Assembly: GCA_951406725.2 (NCBI GenBank) | Contig: OX597839.1 | Span: forward strand, 11,966,001-12,030,000 | Direction of reading: 5' to 3' | Source: Octopus vulgaris | Taxonomy: Eukaryota | DNA length: 64,000 bases | Shown: piece by piece, positions 40,751 to 56,698 of the stretch | Layout: each line of letters begins with the position of its first letter | How positions within the stretch are numbered: position 1 is the stretch's first letter | Made by a program: the position numbers and the translations under genes | Notes under the pieces: model-generated | Told to the model about the DNA's origin: nothing | Database searches by the model: none | What the model saw: the letters and a program-made list of their open reading frames with translations, nothing else

Positions 40751-41221
40751 TGATATCGTAAAAATCAAGCCTAAGGCACTTGTTGAAGACTGGGTGGATG
40801 GCGTCACCATCGAACGGTTTGGAAAGGAATGGTCTGCAATAGTTGTAAAACATTTGAAACACGGAGAATCGAACTCTCCATCGGGAAATGACAATTTCGT
40901 AAACAGGACTTAACATGCATGCATACGTACATACAGACAGGCAGGAACAGAGAGAGAGAAAGAGAAAGAGAGAGGGGAGATATGCACAGATGGAGTTACG
41001 AAATAGTGATCCAACGATACAAGTGGGAACAACAAAAGCAAGCAGTTAATGTAGAATAATGAGAACTGTTGCATACGGTGATGATGACGATGATGATAAA
41101 TCGAAGTATTAATATTTTTAGTGGTGTTATATATATTTAGTGGGTATATATAATATATATATACAGAGAGAGAGGGGGGAGAGAGATAAATACATAAATA
41201 AATACATATATATATATATAT

Positions 41222-42161
41222 ATATAACGGGAAGCTTTATGAAATTAGACAAAAGACGAAGGCAGGTGGAAAACAAACGAACAATTGTATTAGTATGGCG
41301 CTCAGGAAATATAAATAAAACAAGTCTTTAACGTTTCGAGCCTACGCTCTTCAACAGAAAGATACACAGAAAGAAAAAAAACACAGAAAGAAGGAGAGAG
41401 AAAAAAATGCGTGCAGTAACAAACGAATCAACATGGCGATCTGATTTCGGCCAGAGGTCAAAGATCAAACATGAGACGCGAGAGCGAAATAAGGGGAGAT
41501 AATAGGGTTGATAATAGGGTTGAGGGACCAGCTAATAGTGCGTAGGAGGGGTCTGGACGTGTGTATGTATAGGGTTGGTGTATGTATTAGTATGTATAAG
41601 GGTGTGTGTGTGTGTGTGTGTGTGTATGAGAGAGTATTAGTGCGTAGGATTGGTCTGGACGTGCGTATGTATGGGGTTGGTGTATGTATTAGTATGTATT
41701 AGTACGTATTAGTATGTATAAGTGTGTGTGTGTGTGTATGTGTGTGTATGTGTGTGTGTGTGTGTATGAGAGAGTATAAGTGCGTATGAGGGGTCTGGAC
41801 GTGTGTATGTATAGGGTTGGTGTATGTATTAGTATGTATTAGTATGTATTAGTACGTATTAGTATGTATTAGTTGGTGTATGTATTAGTATGGCACATCA
41901 TATATGATGTGATGTGTAAAGTCGTGTGGTGTAGTGAGGAGAAGAGGGGGGAGAAGAGGGGGGAGAAGGGGAGGGGGAGAAGAGGGGGAAGAGGAGAGGA
42001 TGGGGGAGAGAGAGGAGGGGAGAAGGAAGAGGAGGAGGGGGGAGGAAGGAGGAAAGAGGGAGAGGGGGAGAGAGAAGGGGAGTGAGGGAGTGAGGGAGCG
42101 GAGGGAAGGGGAAGAGGGAAGGAGGGAGGGAGAAAGAGGGAAGAAGGGAAGGGGAGTAGGG
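41222..42161 (-). repeat. 3' pseudo-LTR
   Basis: Runs from ATATAACGGGAAGCTTTATGAAA to AAGGGAAGGGGAGTAGGG and is near-identical to 45750-46697. Confidence 0.95.
41325..41362 (-). ncRNA. Minimal hammerhead (CUGUUGA variant) in the 3' pLTR
   Basis: TCTTT-CTGTTGA-A-GAGC-GTAG-GCTC-GAAA-CG-TT-AAAGA. Confidence 0.82.
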
Positions 42162-45135
42162 GTGAAAGGATGAAGGACTGAAGAAGTAGGGGTCGGGGGG
42201 GGAAAGGATAGGTGAGGAGGGGGGAGAGGGGGTTAGATGAGGAGGGGGAGAGTTGAGACCAAATGGCGTATAAGAGCGAAGAGAGAAGATTAATTCCTGT
42301 TCACGGCGCAAACGGGAATCCGGATGGCCTCTGTGTAAGGACAAACCGAACACAGATAGGTGTTGCAAGGAGTGACCGGTGGAGCGGAAATGGCGTGAGA
42401 CCGGTGTGTCGTTCGCAAGGTGGATGTCACGAAGGTGTTCCGCGAACCGGTCAGCCAAGCGGCGTCCCGTTTGTCCGATGTACAAGGAATTGCAGAGAGA
42501 GCAAGAGATGCAATAGATAATATTGCTGGAGGTGCAGGTGAAGGAGTGGATGATGGGATAGGGTCGATGGTGGGTGCTAGTGAGGCGGGTGGTGTTGGAG
42601 AGGTAAGGGCAAGTGCGGCAACGTGGGCGGGAGCAGGGGAACGAGCCGGGTTGGGAGGTAGGGTCAGGGAAGGAGCTATGGACCAAAAGGTCTCGAAGGT
42701 TGTGGGCTCGTTTGAAAGAGGGGAGTGGTCGGTTAGGGAAGAGGTGTGAAGTGGACGGGTCGGACTGGAGATGACGGAAAGCTCGAAGAATGGTGCGTTG
42801 GAGACGTAGGGTCGTGGGGTGGTAAGTGAGGGGAAAAGGGAGGCGGGAGACTACAGGGCGGGTTCGGGGAGAGAGAGCAGATACACGGTCCACGGACCGT
42901 GCTCAGGCAAGGGCGGTGTGGATAGTGGTGAGGGGGTATCCACGTAGGGTGAAGTGGTGAGCCATACGTTGAGACTGAGTCTCAAAGTCATGGTCGTCAC
43001 TACAGAGCTTACGTAGACGGAGGAATTGGGAATAGGGGATGGAAAGCTTGGTGTGTTCTGGGTGGGAGGAAGAGGAGTTGAGGTATGAGTGTGAATCTGT
43101 GTGTTTGTAGTGAATGGAGGTGGTAAGAGTGGAGTGAAGAATGCTAACCGAAATGTCGAGGAAGGAGACAGAGGTGTTGGAGATAGTGGAAGTGAAGTGG
43201 AGGGCTGGATGGAAAGATTGGACGAAAGAGAGGAAGGAATCTAGATGTTCGCGGGAGAGTGAGGTGGCACCGATAATGTCGTCAATGTAACGACCATATA
43301 GTTCAGGAGTGGGACCAGTGAAATTAGAGAATATTTGGGCCTCAACATAGCCAACGAACAGGTTCGCATAGTTGGGGCCCATTCGCGTTCCCATGGCCAC
43401 TCCCGAGATCTGATGGTAGAACTCGCCCACGAACGAGAAGCAGTTCAGAGTAAGGACAAGTTCGGCCAGACGAACGAGTGTGGAGGTGTCAGGTACAGGG
43501 TTAGAGCGGAGGTCAAGAAAGTGTCGAAGGGCCTGCAGTCCTTCGTGGTGAGGGATAACAGTATAGAGGCTTTGGATGTCCATAGTAAAAAGGATTTGGG
43601 AGGAGCCGGGAGGAAAGGAGAAAGAGTTGAAAAGCCGGAGAGCATGGTTGGTATCGTGGATGTGGGAGGGAAGAGATGCCACTAGGGGGCAAGGACACGG
43701 TCGAGGTATTTAGAGATGAGCTCCGTGGGGCAGTTACAGGCGGAGACGATGGGGCGGCCAGGGTTGTTGGGTTTGTGGATTTTGGGGAGGAAGTAAATGG
43801 TGGGGGTACGTGGGGTTCGCACAATTAGGTTGGATGCGGTGCGGGGGAGACGGGAGGACGAGATGAGGTCGTGGACAGTAGAGGATACCGTCTGTTGGTA
43901 GCTACGTGTGGGGTTAGAGGGCAGAGGGGAATAGAAGGAGGTGTCATTGAGTTGGCGGAAAGCCTCGGCCCTATAGAGGTCCGGGCGCCACACCACTACA
44001 GCTCCACCCTTGTCAGCCGGTTTGATGATAATGTCAGCGCGCCGTTGGAGGGAACGAAGAGCCAAGAGCTCAGCCGGGGAGATGTTGAGGCGGCGTTGGC
44101 GCCTGGAGAAGTTGAACCGCTCCAATGCACGCTGACAAGCGCCCGCGAAAAGATCCACTGCTAGGATCTGGCCAGGGGCAGGCGTCCACGGGGATGGTCG
44201 GCGGCCCAGGCCAGTGAAGCAGTCCTCTTCGTTGGGTGTGGGTGGCGAGTCGTGGTAATGCGCACCCAACCGGACACGGCGCACAAAACTGTGGACATCA
44301 ACTCGCGTCTGGAATTCCTTACAGGATGGAGTGAGGGGGATGAAACGCAGACCCCTACCAAGGACGGAGCGTTCAGCCGCAGAGAGGGGAAGATCGGGGG
44401 GAATGGTAACAACAGACGGAAGTGGAGAAGGGGTGGGTGGAATAGAAGTAGGAGGGGTGGTAGGTCTCGTGGAGGTCTGAGGGGGAGGGATTGGGGAGGT
44501 GTGTGGGGGGTGGTTGGGCGGGGCAGTAGGGTTAGGTGTAGGTGGATGGAGCCTATCGGGAGGGGAGAAGGGGTTGTAGGGAGGGGCAGTGGGGTTAGGT
44601 GTGGGTGGATGGAGCCTATCGGGAGGGGAGAAGGGTGGTGGAGGAGTTGGGGTAGTGGCGTCGGGTAGGGTGGAATGGAAGAGTGATTGGAGTTTACGAA
44701 GTTTGGTATCAGAAAGAAATTGATGGAAGAGTTGATTCAAATGGATAATGAAGCGTAGCGTGTTTGGAGCATAGAGAGGCGGCAGAGAGGAGAAGAAGGT
44801 GGAGAAAGCAGGAGGAAGAAGGCGGTTGATGGCATGTAGTTTGGAGAGATTGGAGCGAATGGTGGCCCGCATAAGGCGGTAAGATGTGGTGCGGAGTATG
44901 GGTAAGATGGAAGAATCCGAGTGGAGAGCAGGGTGGAAGTGGAGGCGGAAACCTTTAGGGATGAGTCGGTGATGTAGGCAGCGGCTTAGGAAAGAGACAT
45001 GGCTAGAGAAGCGGGTTTTTTTAAAAGAAGTAGAGAGAGATTAACGGACGGCTGAAGGCAATATACAGGAAGCGAACGGAGATGATCCTTCAAACGATGA
45101 TGGAGGGTGAGGAGGTAGGACCTAGGATCCGGCAT
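41898..45135 (-). pseudogene. PLE polyprotein (N-terminal domain, reverse transcriptase, Zn-knuckle, GIY-YIG endonuclease); 2 frameshifts and 1 in-frame stop
   Basis: Reads MPDPRS.., FLSRCLHHRLIPKGF, IIKPADKGGAVVVW, YFLPKIHKPNNPGRPIVS, FTMDIQSLYT, GVAMGTRMGPNYANLF, RYIDD, FLDI, CSRPRCRTC, IYCISCSLCNSLYIGQT..RFAEH, EQELI..GLN. Breaks at ~45020 (A-run), 43682 (C-run) and 42903 (TGA). Confidence 0.96.
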
Positions 45136-45749
45136 GATGGGATAGCGGAAAAAAAAGTTCGAAACAAAAAAAACAAAAAACAAAAATTATCGTATGAAAA
45201 AAATAGAAAAAAAGGATAGCGAAAAAAGGGGAAAAACAAACGTTCAAAAAAACAAAAAAATAATAATCGTATGAAAAAACTAGATAAGTAAGCGATAGGG
45301 GCAGAAAAGACGGGGCAAACGGAAAAGGGAAAGAAAGAAGGGAAGCAGAGAGAGGGGGAGGCAAAAAAAGGGGGGTGCAGGCAGAGGAAACGGAGTATGG
45401 ACATCCAGAGAGGGAAGAAAGACGGAAAGGAGAACAAAAATGCAGGAAAATGTGGAAAGCATGAAATGAATGTAAAAAAAGTGGTAATATAAGAGAAAAT
45501 AAAAATACAACAAACGGGACAGTTTATGCGAACAAGTTCAAGGTTGAAAGTTCAAGGTGAGAAATGTGTAGACGTCGTGGTATATTTTTTAAGGATTTCA
45601 CATCAATGCAAAGTCACTTTGATCCGCGAAAGAGAGGTGCAGCCAATGGTAAGTATCCAAGAGGTAAAGAAAATCCAAGGTAGAGGTAAGTGTTGATAGT
45701 GGTATTGGTAGAATATAGGATGAAAGTGAGACCACGTGAGCGCATAATA

Positions 45750-46693
45750 TATAACGGGAAGCTTTATGAAAATAGACAAAAGACGAAGGCAGGTGGAAAA
45801 CAAACGAACAATTGTATTAGTATGGCGCTCAGGAAATATAAATAAAACAAGTCTTTAACGTTTCGAGCCTACGCTCTTCAACAGAAAGATACACAGAGAG
45901 AAAAAAACACAGAAAGAAGGAGAGAAAAAAATGCGTGCAGTAGCTAACGAATCAATATGGCGATCTGATTTCGGCCAGAGGTCAAAGATCAAACATGAGA
46001 CGCGAGAGCGAAATAAGGGGAGATAATAGGGTTGATAATAGGGTTGATAATAGGGTTGAGGGACCAGCTAATAATGCGTAGGAGGGGTCTGGACGTGTGT
46101 ATGTATAGGGTTGGTGTATGTATTAGTATGTATAAGGGTGTGTGTGTGTGTGTGTGTATGAGAGAGTATTAGTGCGTAGGATTGGTCTGGACGTGCGTAT
46201 GTATGGGGTTGGTGTATGTATTAGTATGTATTAGTATGTATTAGTACGTATTAGTATGTATAAGTGTGTGTGTGTGTGTATAGCGTGTGTGTGTGTGTAT
46301 GAGAGAGTATAAGTGCGTATGAGGGGTCTGGACGTGTGTATGTATAGGGTTGGTGTATGTATTAGTATGTATTAGTATGTATTAGTACGTATTAGTATGT
46401 ATTAGTTGGTGTATGTATTAGTATGGCACATCATATATGATGTGATGTGTAAAGTCGTGTGGTGTAGTGAGGAGAAGAGGGGGAGGGGAGAAGAGGGGGA
46501 GAGAAGGGGAGGGGAAGAAGAGGGGGAGAGGGGGAAGAGGAGAGGATGGGGGAGAGAGGAGGTGGAGAAGGAAGGGGAGGAGGGGGGGAGGAAGGAGGAA
46601 AGAGGGAGAGGGGGAGAGAGAAGGGGAGTGAGGGAGTGAGGGAGCAGAGGGAAGGGGAAGAGGGAAGGAGGGAGGGAAGAAGGGAAGGGGAGT

Positions 46694-46697
<4 letters not shown>
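45750..46697 (-). repeat. 5' pseudo-LTR
   Basis: Direct repeat of 41222-42161. Confidence 0.95.
45852..45889 (-). ncRNA. Minimal hammerhead (CUGUUGA variant) in the 5' pLTR
   Basis: Identical to 41325-41362. Confidence 0.82.
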
Positions 46698-46740
<43 letters not shown>

Positions 46741-47649
46741 GTATATATTTAAACACATAAGAAATGGCCATAACTGACTCGCTAGAAAGAGTAGTTAAAC
46801 TACAAACTACTAAATAGTGGTTATTCCGAAAGGGAATGAAAAATAAAAACATTTACCCTATTTTTTCTATGAATAATATATAGTCTATTGACTAGTTTTT
46901 TCTTCTCGCTAGAAGAATTTTTCTTTATTTTTTGCTACCCTAAGATTTATTTGTGTATAGTTGCTTATCGTTAACATCCCATAGATTACTGGATCTGTCT
47001 CGACGAGTTTAATGCTAAAAGGGGTTAGGAGTTGTTAAATTTAGGATCGCCTGTTAAAGTACTTTACAAAACAACAAAACAAAACAAAATAAAAGCATTA
47101 ACTCGGATAGAGAAATTCTACCCGATCTATGAACGAAATACGACCTGCCACGGAGCATCACTATCGTTTTTCATAGAGATGCCATGCTCATGTTTGATGC
47201 AAAAGGAACCGTCAGAATACAAAAGTCACGTCCTTCTCGAAGTCATCGCCATTATAACGTTAATATCATTCTTCAATAGCATAAGATATTGCTGATAGTC
47301 CTACCTCATATTCCAATGGTTATAGATAATGTCGACTCTGCTTAACTGAGAAGTTTCATATAGTGAAACAGCACTTGATATATTGTTCAATTTCCTTTAT
47401 TATTCAACATTTTCTATAGGAAATTTCCTGACAACTGAAGAATGCTTTTGTTTTGTTTTTGGATTCTTTCTTTTAGTATTTCCAGTTTATAGTGTACATT
47501 GTTGCGGTTCAAAAAAATGCTGCAGCCTGGGGCCTTTGAGTTTCAACGGAGTGCAGACATTTCTAAAGACAAGTCACACAGAAACCAGTTTAATAAATTA
47601 CTGCAACTCACGATCGTATTTAGCACTTCCTATCCGGATTACTACACGA

Positions 47650-47724
<75 letters not shown>

Positions 47725-47728
<4 letters not shown>

Positions 47729-48640
47729 TAATCCAAACGGGAAAACAGAAAAAACAACAACACGTGGAACAATTACAGTATTATTATTATTAGGCGCTCA
47801 GGAAAATGGAAGAAGGAGGGTATGACGTTTCGAGCGGAGCTCTTCGTCGGAAACATAAGAGAAAGAAAGAAAGATCCCGAGACGGGAGGACAGAGGAAAA
47901 AAAATTGCAGGTCGTCTTCACGAGGTCACATACTGAAAAGACGGAAGTAGTAAAAAAGGAGGAAAATGTTTTTTAAAAACAGGAGAGCTGAATCAATGGT
48001 AAAAAAGGTGTTGCGAGATGACCGTGTGTGTGTGTGAGTGTGCGTGTGTGTGTATGTGTGTGTATGGTGGACAATGGCTAGTAGCAAGCAGTAGTAGAAT
48101 TAAAGGAGTGGTGTGGGGGTACCCTAGCAGGTCAGAAAGGTAGATCAGAAGCAGGGAGGTATGTGTGTGTGCGTGTGTATGTATGTGTGAGTGTGTGCGT
48201 GTATGTATGTGTGTGTATGGTAGACAATGGCATAGCAGGCAGTAGTAGAATTAAAGGAGTGGTGTGGGGGTACCCTAGCAAGTCGGAAAGGCAGATCAGA
48301 AACAGGGAGGTATGTGTGTGTGCGTGTGTATGTATGTGTGAGTGTGTGCGTGTGGTATATGTCCAGCGTGCGTAGTTGTGTGTGTGGCAAGTAAATTTGA
48401 AGTGTGTGTAAGTGTAATGTGTATATATATGCAAATGTGTGTGTGTGAGTGGGTGTGTGTATGTGTGTGTGTGTACAAAAGGGGGGGGGTTTAAGGGAAA
48501 AAGAAATGCAGCGAGGGGGGAGGGAGAGGAGGGGAAGATGGAAGAGTGGTCCCGCGGCGACAGGCGTGGGAGAACCCAAAGACAACGCGCCGGCCCCAGA
48601 TACGGACAGGAGATCCGGTCGGTCAACCATGAGCGTGGTG
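47725..48640 (-). mobile_element. Longer family-H1 PLE 3' end with hammerhead at 47820-47854 (U4C)
   Basis: GTTT-CCGACGA-A-GAGC-TCC-GCTC-GAAA-CG-TC-ATAC. It continues into a ~130-bp tandem duplication and a C-rich region resembling the PLE ORF end. Confidence 0.65.
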
Positions 48641-49334
48641 CAAGCTTGCGTGTATGCGTGCGCGAACGCGCACAAGCGAGCATGTGCGCGCGCCTGCGAT
48701 TGCGTGTGTGAGTATGTATGTGTGTGGATGTGTGAGTGTGTCTGTGTGTAAGTCTGAGTGTCAGTGTGTCCGATGAATGTATGTAAGTATGTGTGTGTGT
48801 ATATGTGTGTGTATAGATGTATGTCCGTGTGTGTGTGTGTGTGTATGAGTGTGTATGTATGTACGTGTGTGTGTGTGGAAGTGTGTGTATGTGCATGTGT
48901 GTGCGCGTACATGCAGGTGTGTGAGTGAGTGTGTGCGTGTGTATGTGTGTGTGAGTGTGTATGTCTGTGTGTGTAGGATGCATGTATGTGTATGGGTGTA
49001 TGTATGTGTGTGTGTATGTATGTATGTGTACGTGCGTGTGTGTGTGTGTGCATGTATGCGTACATGCGTGTAGGTGTGCGCGTGTGCGTATGTGTGTGTG
49101 TGTGTGCATGTGTGTAGGTATATATGTATGTGCGTATATGTGTGTGTATGTGCGTACATGTGTGTGTGTGTATGCATGTGTGTGTATGTAGGTGTGTAGG
49201 CGTGTGTGTAAATAAATATAAGAGAGTTACCGTTAAGTGGCTAAGTCTAGTGCTAAAAATAGCTCCTTATTCTGGTATAGCCACTGAAGTTGTTTCCACA
49301 AAGAAATAACATTACCTTTCACCCTTATTTATGA

Positions 49335-49381
<47 letters not shown>

Positions 49382-49413
49382 AGTGTGTGCGTGTATATAT
49401 ATATATATATATA

Positions 49414-51610
<2,197 letters not shown>

Positions 51611-51629
51611 ATGAATAAATGCAATCTTT

Positions 51630-51866
51630 TAAAGCCTAGCAAGTCTCATGGACGCGGTTTCCTGGTTTCTATGGCGAATGTGTTCCACAGTTGGACGGGA
51701 CGCCAGTCCATCGCAGCGTTACTCATTCTTGCCAGCTGAGTGGACTGGAGCAACGGGAAATGAAGTGTTTTGCTCAAGAACACAACGCGTCGCCCGGTCC
51801 AGGAGTCGAAACCACAATCGTACGATCATGATGCTGACACCCTAACCACTAAGCCACGCACCTCCA
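51630..51866 (-). mobile_element. SINE family D-related copy
   Basis: GGTGCGTGGCTTAGTGGTTAGGG..GGTTTCGACTCC..TTCTTGAGCAAAACACTT. Confidence 0.85.
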
Positions 51867-51887
51867 CACACACACACACATATATAT

Positions 51888-51940
<53 letters not shown>

Positions 51941-52468
51941 ACAAATTGTGGGGCACCGGAGGATGACGAAGAACCATAGAGAAAACGGGAAAAAGCATGA
52001 AGGACGTTGAATGTAGATACTTTCACCTCTCGTCTGTCGTCGACCAAATATCATCACAATTTTGAAGCATTCCAATTGTGACCATCTCCTCTTATCGTAT
52101 ATCCAAAACTACATTTCCAAATTTAAAATTGCTCGTTTGCATGTCAGGAACGTTCGGCTGCTATTTCTAGCATACCGTGCCACCATGTATGTACAATATC
52201 GGTCGCTGTCTCATACACAGGATACGTCTTTGGTGATTTGTTGGAAAAAACCAAAATAAAAAAATATTAAAAAATACACCCAAAAAGCAAACAATAAAAA
52301 AAGACTGTTCTTTGGTCCAAAATTAGCAGATGCAAGGCTAAAATAATCTAGAGAAGTAGACCTATAATTAGGTGGTATTTCTAGCGAGTAGCTTACCCAA
52401 TAAATTATTCGCAGTGATTCATCACTGACTTCTGACGGAATGAATTATATGAAATTATATACATACAC

Positions 52469-52503
<35 letters not shown>

Positions 52504-52504
52504 G

Positions 52505-52565
<61 letters not shown>

Positions 52566-52977
52566 GTATGTATTTGAAGAAAAAGATTGGAGCATAGAAA
52601 GAAGTTAGTGATGGATTGCAGTTTTTTATCTTCCTTCGAAATGCTCCTGTCTTTCGTTTGTATCTATACATATATGTATGTGTATGTGTGTATGTGTGTG
52701 TGTGTGTATGTGTGTACGTATCTATCTATCTATCTATCTATCTATCTCTATCTATATATATATATATATATATATATAAACATATATATATACACACACA
52801 CATATATATATATACACACACACATACATGCATATACATATATACACACACATAGAGAGAAAGAGAGAGAGAGAAAGAGAGCATATGCATATATAGGCTA
52901 GACTACAATATATATGCGCTTATCATAAGTGTGTGTCTATATACAAAATATATGTATATACACGTGTATCATTATAA

Positions 52978-53012
<35 letters not shown>

Positions 53013-53080
53013 CATATGCTAATTACACGCCAAAATTTACATTCATTCACACACGCGCGGGGACACACAAATATACATAC

Positions 53081-53131
<51 letters not shown>

Positions 53132-53559
53132 TGTGTGTATAACCCCCATGTTGTGGGTGTTGTATGATGGGGTTGGCAAAGGGGAGGGGGGAGCAATCAG
53201 AGATCAAAAGATTAGCAACACAAATGTCATGTTAATGTAACAATAGCGTTTTATTCTTTATCTGTCTATTAGATATTGTACATTGATTTGTGGAGATTAC
53301 ATACTGCCAGTCATACAGCGTAGACATGTATGTATGTGATACATACTCATATAAAGACTTTTATATGTATATACATATGTGTGTAGATATATATATGTGT
53401 GTGTGTGTAAATAAATATATTTATATAACTATTTACATATATATAATGTGTGTGTGTGTATATATATGTGTATATTTACGTGTGTGTGTGTGTGTGAGTG
53501 CATATTAGGAATGGGAAAAACATGGATGAAAGAAACGGAATTGAAGAGAAGCGTGCAAG

Positions 53560-53625
<66 letters not shown>

Positions 53626-53743
53626 TGTGTGTGTATGTACACACATATATACATACCTACATACATGCATATATATTTGTATATATGTGTACATGTGTAT
53701 ACACACACACACACATATATATATGTGTATATATACGTGTATA

Positions 53744-53797
<54 letters not shown>

Positions 53798-53843
53798 TAA
53801 TTTATATGTATCTATCTATACACATGTATATATATATATGTAT

Positions 53844-53884
<41 letters not shown>

Positions 53885-54344
53885 ACACACACATGCACAC
53901 ATACACATGTATTTGTTTGTATGCATCTATATGTACGGGGAGAGAAAGCAACCAAGAGAGGATGAGAAAGAGGAGGTAAGAGAATGAGACAGAGAGAGAA
54001 AAAAGCGAGAGAGAGCGAGAGGAAGGGGGTAAAGGGGGCGAGAGAGAGAAGGGAGAGAAATCAGTATGATGGAAGAAAATTAAAGGACCTTTGTATTGTG
54101 AATATTTGTTATTCAATTTTCTCATGTCCTTGTTTTTTAGGTTTTTTTTATCCCATTTGTTTTCTTTTTCATATTTGCCTTTTTCTTTTTGCTGCTTTTG
54201 TTTATGATTTCCTTATTTTCGTTTCTTTTCTTTTCTAGTAAATATATATTCCTGGAAATAAGATAGACTTTTTTTAGCAATGCAGAAAGAATATTCCTTC
54301 ACCCCCAATGCTCCTTCACCCCCAATGCTCCTTCACCCCGCCGC

Positions 54345-54400
<56 letters not shown>

Positions 54401-55484
54401 GCTCTCTGTTGTATTGTAGATTAAAGGGTCAAGTCTATGTTCTTGGGAAATAGGTAGAGTTCATTCCGCTCGTTGATGATGAGGATGATGATGATCATGA
54501 TGACGGTGATGATGATGATGATGAGGAGGAGGAGGAGGATGATGATGATAAGGATGAGGATGATAATGATGAGGATGATGATGATGAGGATGATGATGAG
54601 GAAGATGATGAGGATGATGATGATGAGGATGATGATGAGGATGATCATAAGGATGAGGATGATGAGGATTATGATGATGATGAGGATGATGATGACGATG
54701 ATGAGGATTGAGGATGATGATGAGATAGATGATGATGAGGATGATGATGATGAGGAGGAGGAGGAGGAGGATGACGTTGAGGATTATGAGGATGATGATG
54801 AGGATGATGATGATGATGAGGAGGAGGAGGATGATGACGTTGAGGATTATGAGGATGATGATGAGGATGATGATGATGAGGTTGAGGATGATGATGACAA
54901 CGATGTTGGTGGTAGTGGTGGTAGCAGCGATGGTCGTGAAGATGGTGGTGGTTGTAGTGAAGTCGGTGGTGAAGATGGAGATTGTAATGATGTTGATGGT
55001 GGTGGCGGCGGCGGTGGTGCTGGTGGTTGCGGTAAGGATGGTGGTGATGGAGTGGGTAGGCGGTTGTAGTGATGGTGGTGGCGTTGACGATAATAATGGC
55101 GAGGCAGAGGCGTATAACGACCTGGATGATGTGGTATGTTCTCCACCGTATTAGTGATGTTGATGGTGGCTATCGTTATAACGATGCTAATAATGAATTC
55201 TGTGTATGTATGTATGTATATACACACACACACACACGCACATATATATATATATGTATATATATATACATATACATAAATATGTATACATATATATATA
55301 TGTATATATATATACATATATATATATACACACACATATATAAGAAAAATCCTGGGTCGATTTGTTCGATTAAAGGCGGTGCTCCAGCATGGCCGTAGTC
55401 AAATGACTGAAACGAATAAAAGAATATATATATATATTCATATATAAAAGTGAGTTTATAATTAAATAATACATACATATATAT

Positions 55485-55544
<60 letters not shown>

Positions 55545-55636
55545 TATAGATATATATACATACATACATATATGCAGTTATCTATACTTACATACGTACA
55601 TACATGTATGTAGGCGCGCCTATTGAAAGTTCTACT

Positions 55637-56250
55637 CGAAAGCGATGTCGCTGCGAACGCTTGGCTGCCACAAGCCTATTATCCCTCGGCGAGCTGGCAG
55701 AAACGTTAGCACGCCGGGCGAAATGCTTAGCGGTATTTCGTCTGCGTTACGTTGTGAGTTCAAATTCCGCCGAGGTCGACTTTGCCTTTCATCCTTTCGG
55801 GGTCGATAAATTAAGTACCAGTTACGCACTGGGGTCGATGTAATCGACTTAATACCTATGTCTGTCCTTGTTTGTCCCCTCTGTGTTTAGCCCCTTGTGG
55901 GTAATAAAGAAATAGGTAACTTTTCTGACACCTCTCGACGGACGCATAGTACGACGCTGTTCGGAAAGGATCGATGGGCCACGCTTTCGCGGTCCGTTTT
56001 CGTACTGAAAATCGAGATCGAGCGAGCTTTTGCCCTTTTGCTCGACGTGTGGTTTCCGTCCACGCTGAGGTCGAGTTGTAACCGGTTGAAAGACGTACCA
56101 CCCCAGTCAAACTCCCCGACTGACACCGTTCTCGACTAAGGGTCGCTCATCAGGTGCGTCGGCGCCCGCAAGGCGTTCGACATGTATCGCATGCTTCGCC
56201 CCAGATAATGAAACACCGCTCGGCGCCGGCCCATTCACTTCTCCATCGTG
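55637..56250 (-). pseudogene. 28S rRNA fragment (peptidyl-transferase region), split by a SINE
   Basis: Minus strand reads GGGGAGTTTGACTGGGGTGGTAC, GAGGTGTCAGAAAAGTTACC | AGGGATAATAGGCTTGTGGCAGCCAAGCGTTC. Confidence 0.93.
55687..55914 (+). mobile_element. Young full-length SINE family A inserted in the 28S fragment
   Basis: GGCGAGCTGGCAGAAACGTTAGC..GAGTTCAAATTCC..GCCTTTCATCCTTTCGGGGTCGATAAA..TAAAGAAATA. Confidence 0.93.
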
Positions 56251-56290
56251 TGAGCGAGGAATATATATATATCTATGTATGTGTGTGTGT

Positions 56291-56625
56291 AGGCGCAGGA
56301 GTGACAGTGTGGTAAGTAGCTTGTTTACCAACCACATGGTTACGGGTTCAATCCTACTGTGTGGCAACTTGGGCAAGTGTCTTCTACCATAGCCTTGGAC
56401 CGACCAAAGCCTTGTTAGTGGATTTGGTAGGCGTGTGTGTGTGTATATATATATATATGTTTGTGTGTCTGTTTACTTCCCCGTAACATAGCGGTTCGGC
56501 AAAAAAGACACCGATAAAATAAGTACAAGACTTACAAAGAATAAGTACTGGGGTCGATTTGTTTCGACTAAAGGCGGTGCTCCAGCATGACCGCAGTCAA
56601 ATGACTGAAACAAATTTAAAAAGTA
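56291..56625 (+). mobile_element. SINE family B
   Basis: AGGCGCAGGAGTGACAGTGTGGTAAGTAGC.. through ATGACTGAAACAA. Confidence 0.9.
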
Positions 56626-56648
56626 ATAAAAGAAAAAATATATATGTA

Positions 56649-56698
<50 letters not shown>

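Larger units (their letters stand above)
41222..46697 (-). mobile_element. Near full-length Penelope-like retroelement (Neptune-type) with direct pseudo-LTRs, inserted in (TA)n
   Basis: RT and GIY-YIG ORF. Direct repeats 41222-~42161 and 45750-46697 overlap the ORF 3' end, with a hammerhead in each. (TA)n lies at both borders. Confidence 0.96.

Noticed and set aside
42263-44668. Plus-strand ORFs over the PLE
   Set aside because: Antisense shadows of the C-rich PLE coding strand.
54473-55154. Met/Asp/Glu-rich ORFs
   Set aside because: Degenerate (GAT/GAG)n repeat.
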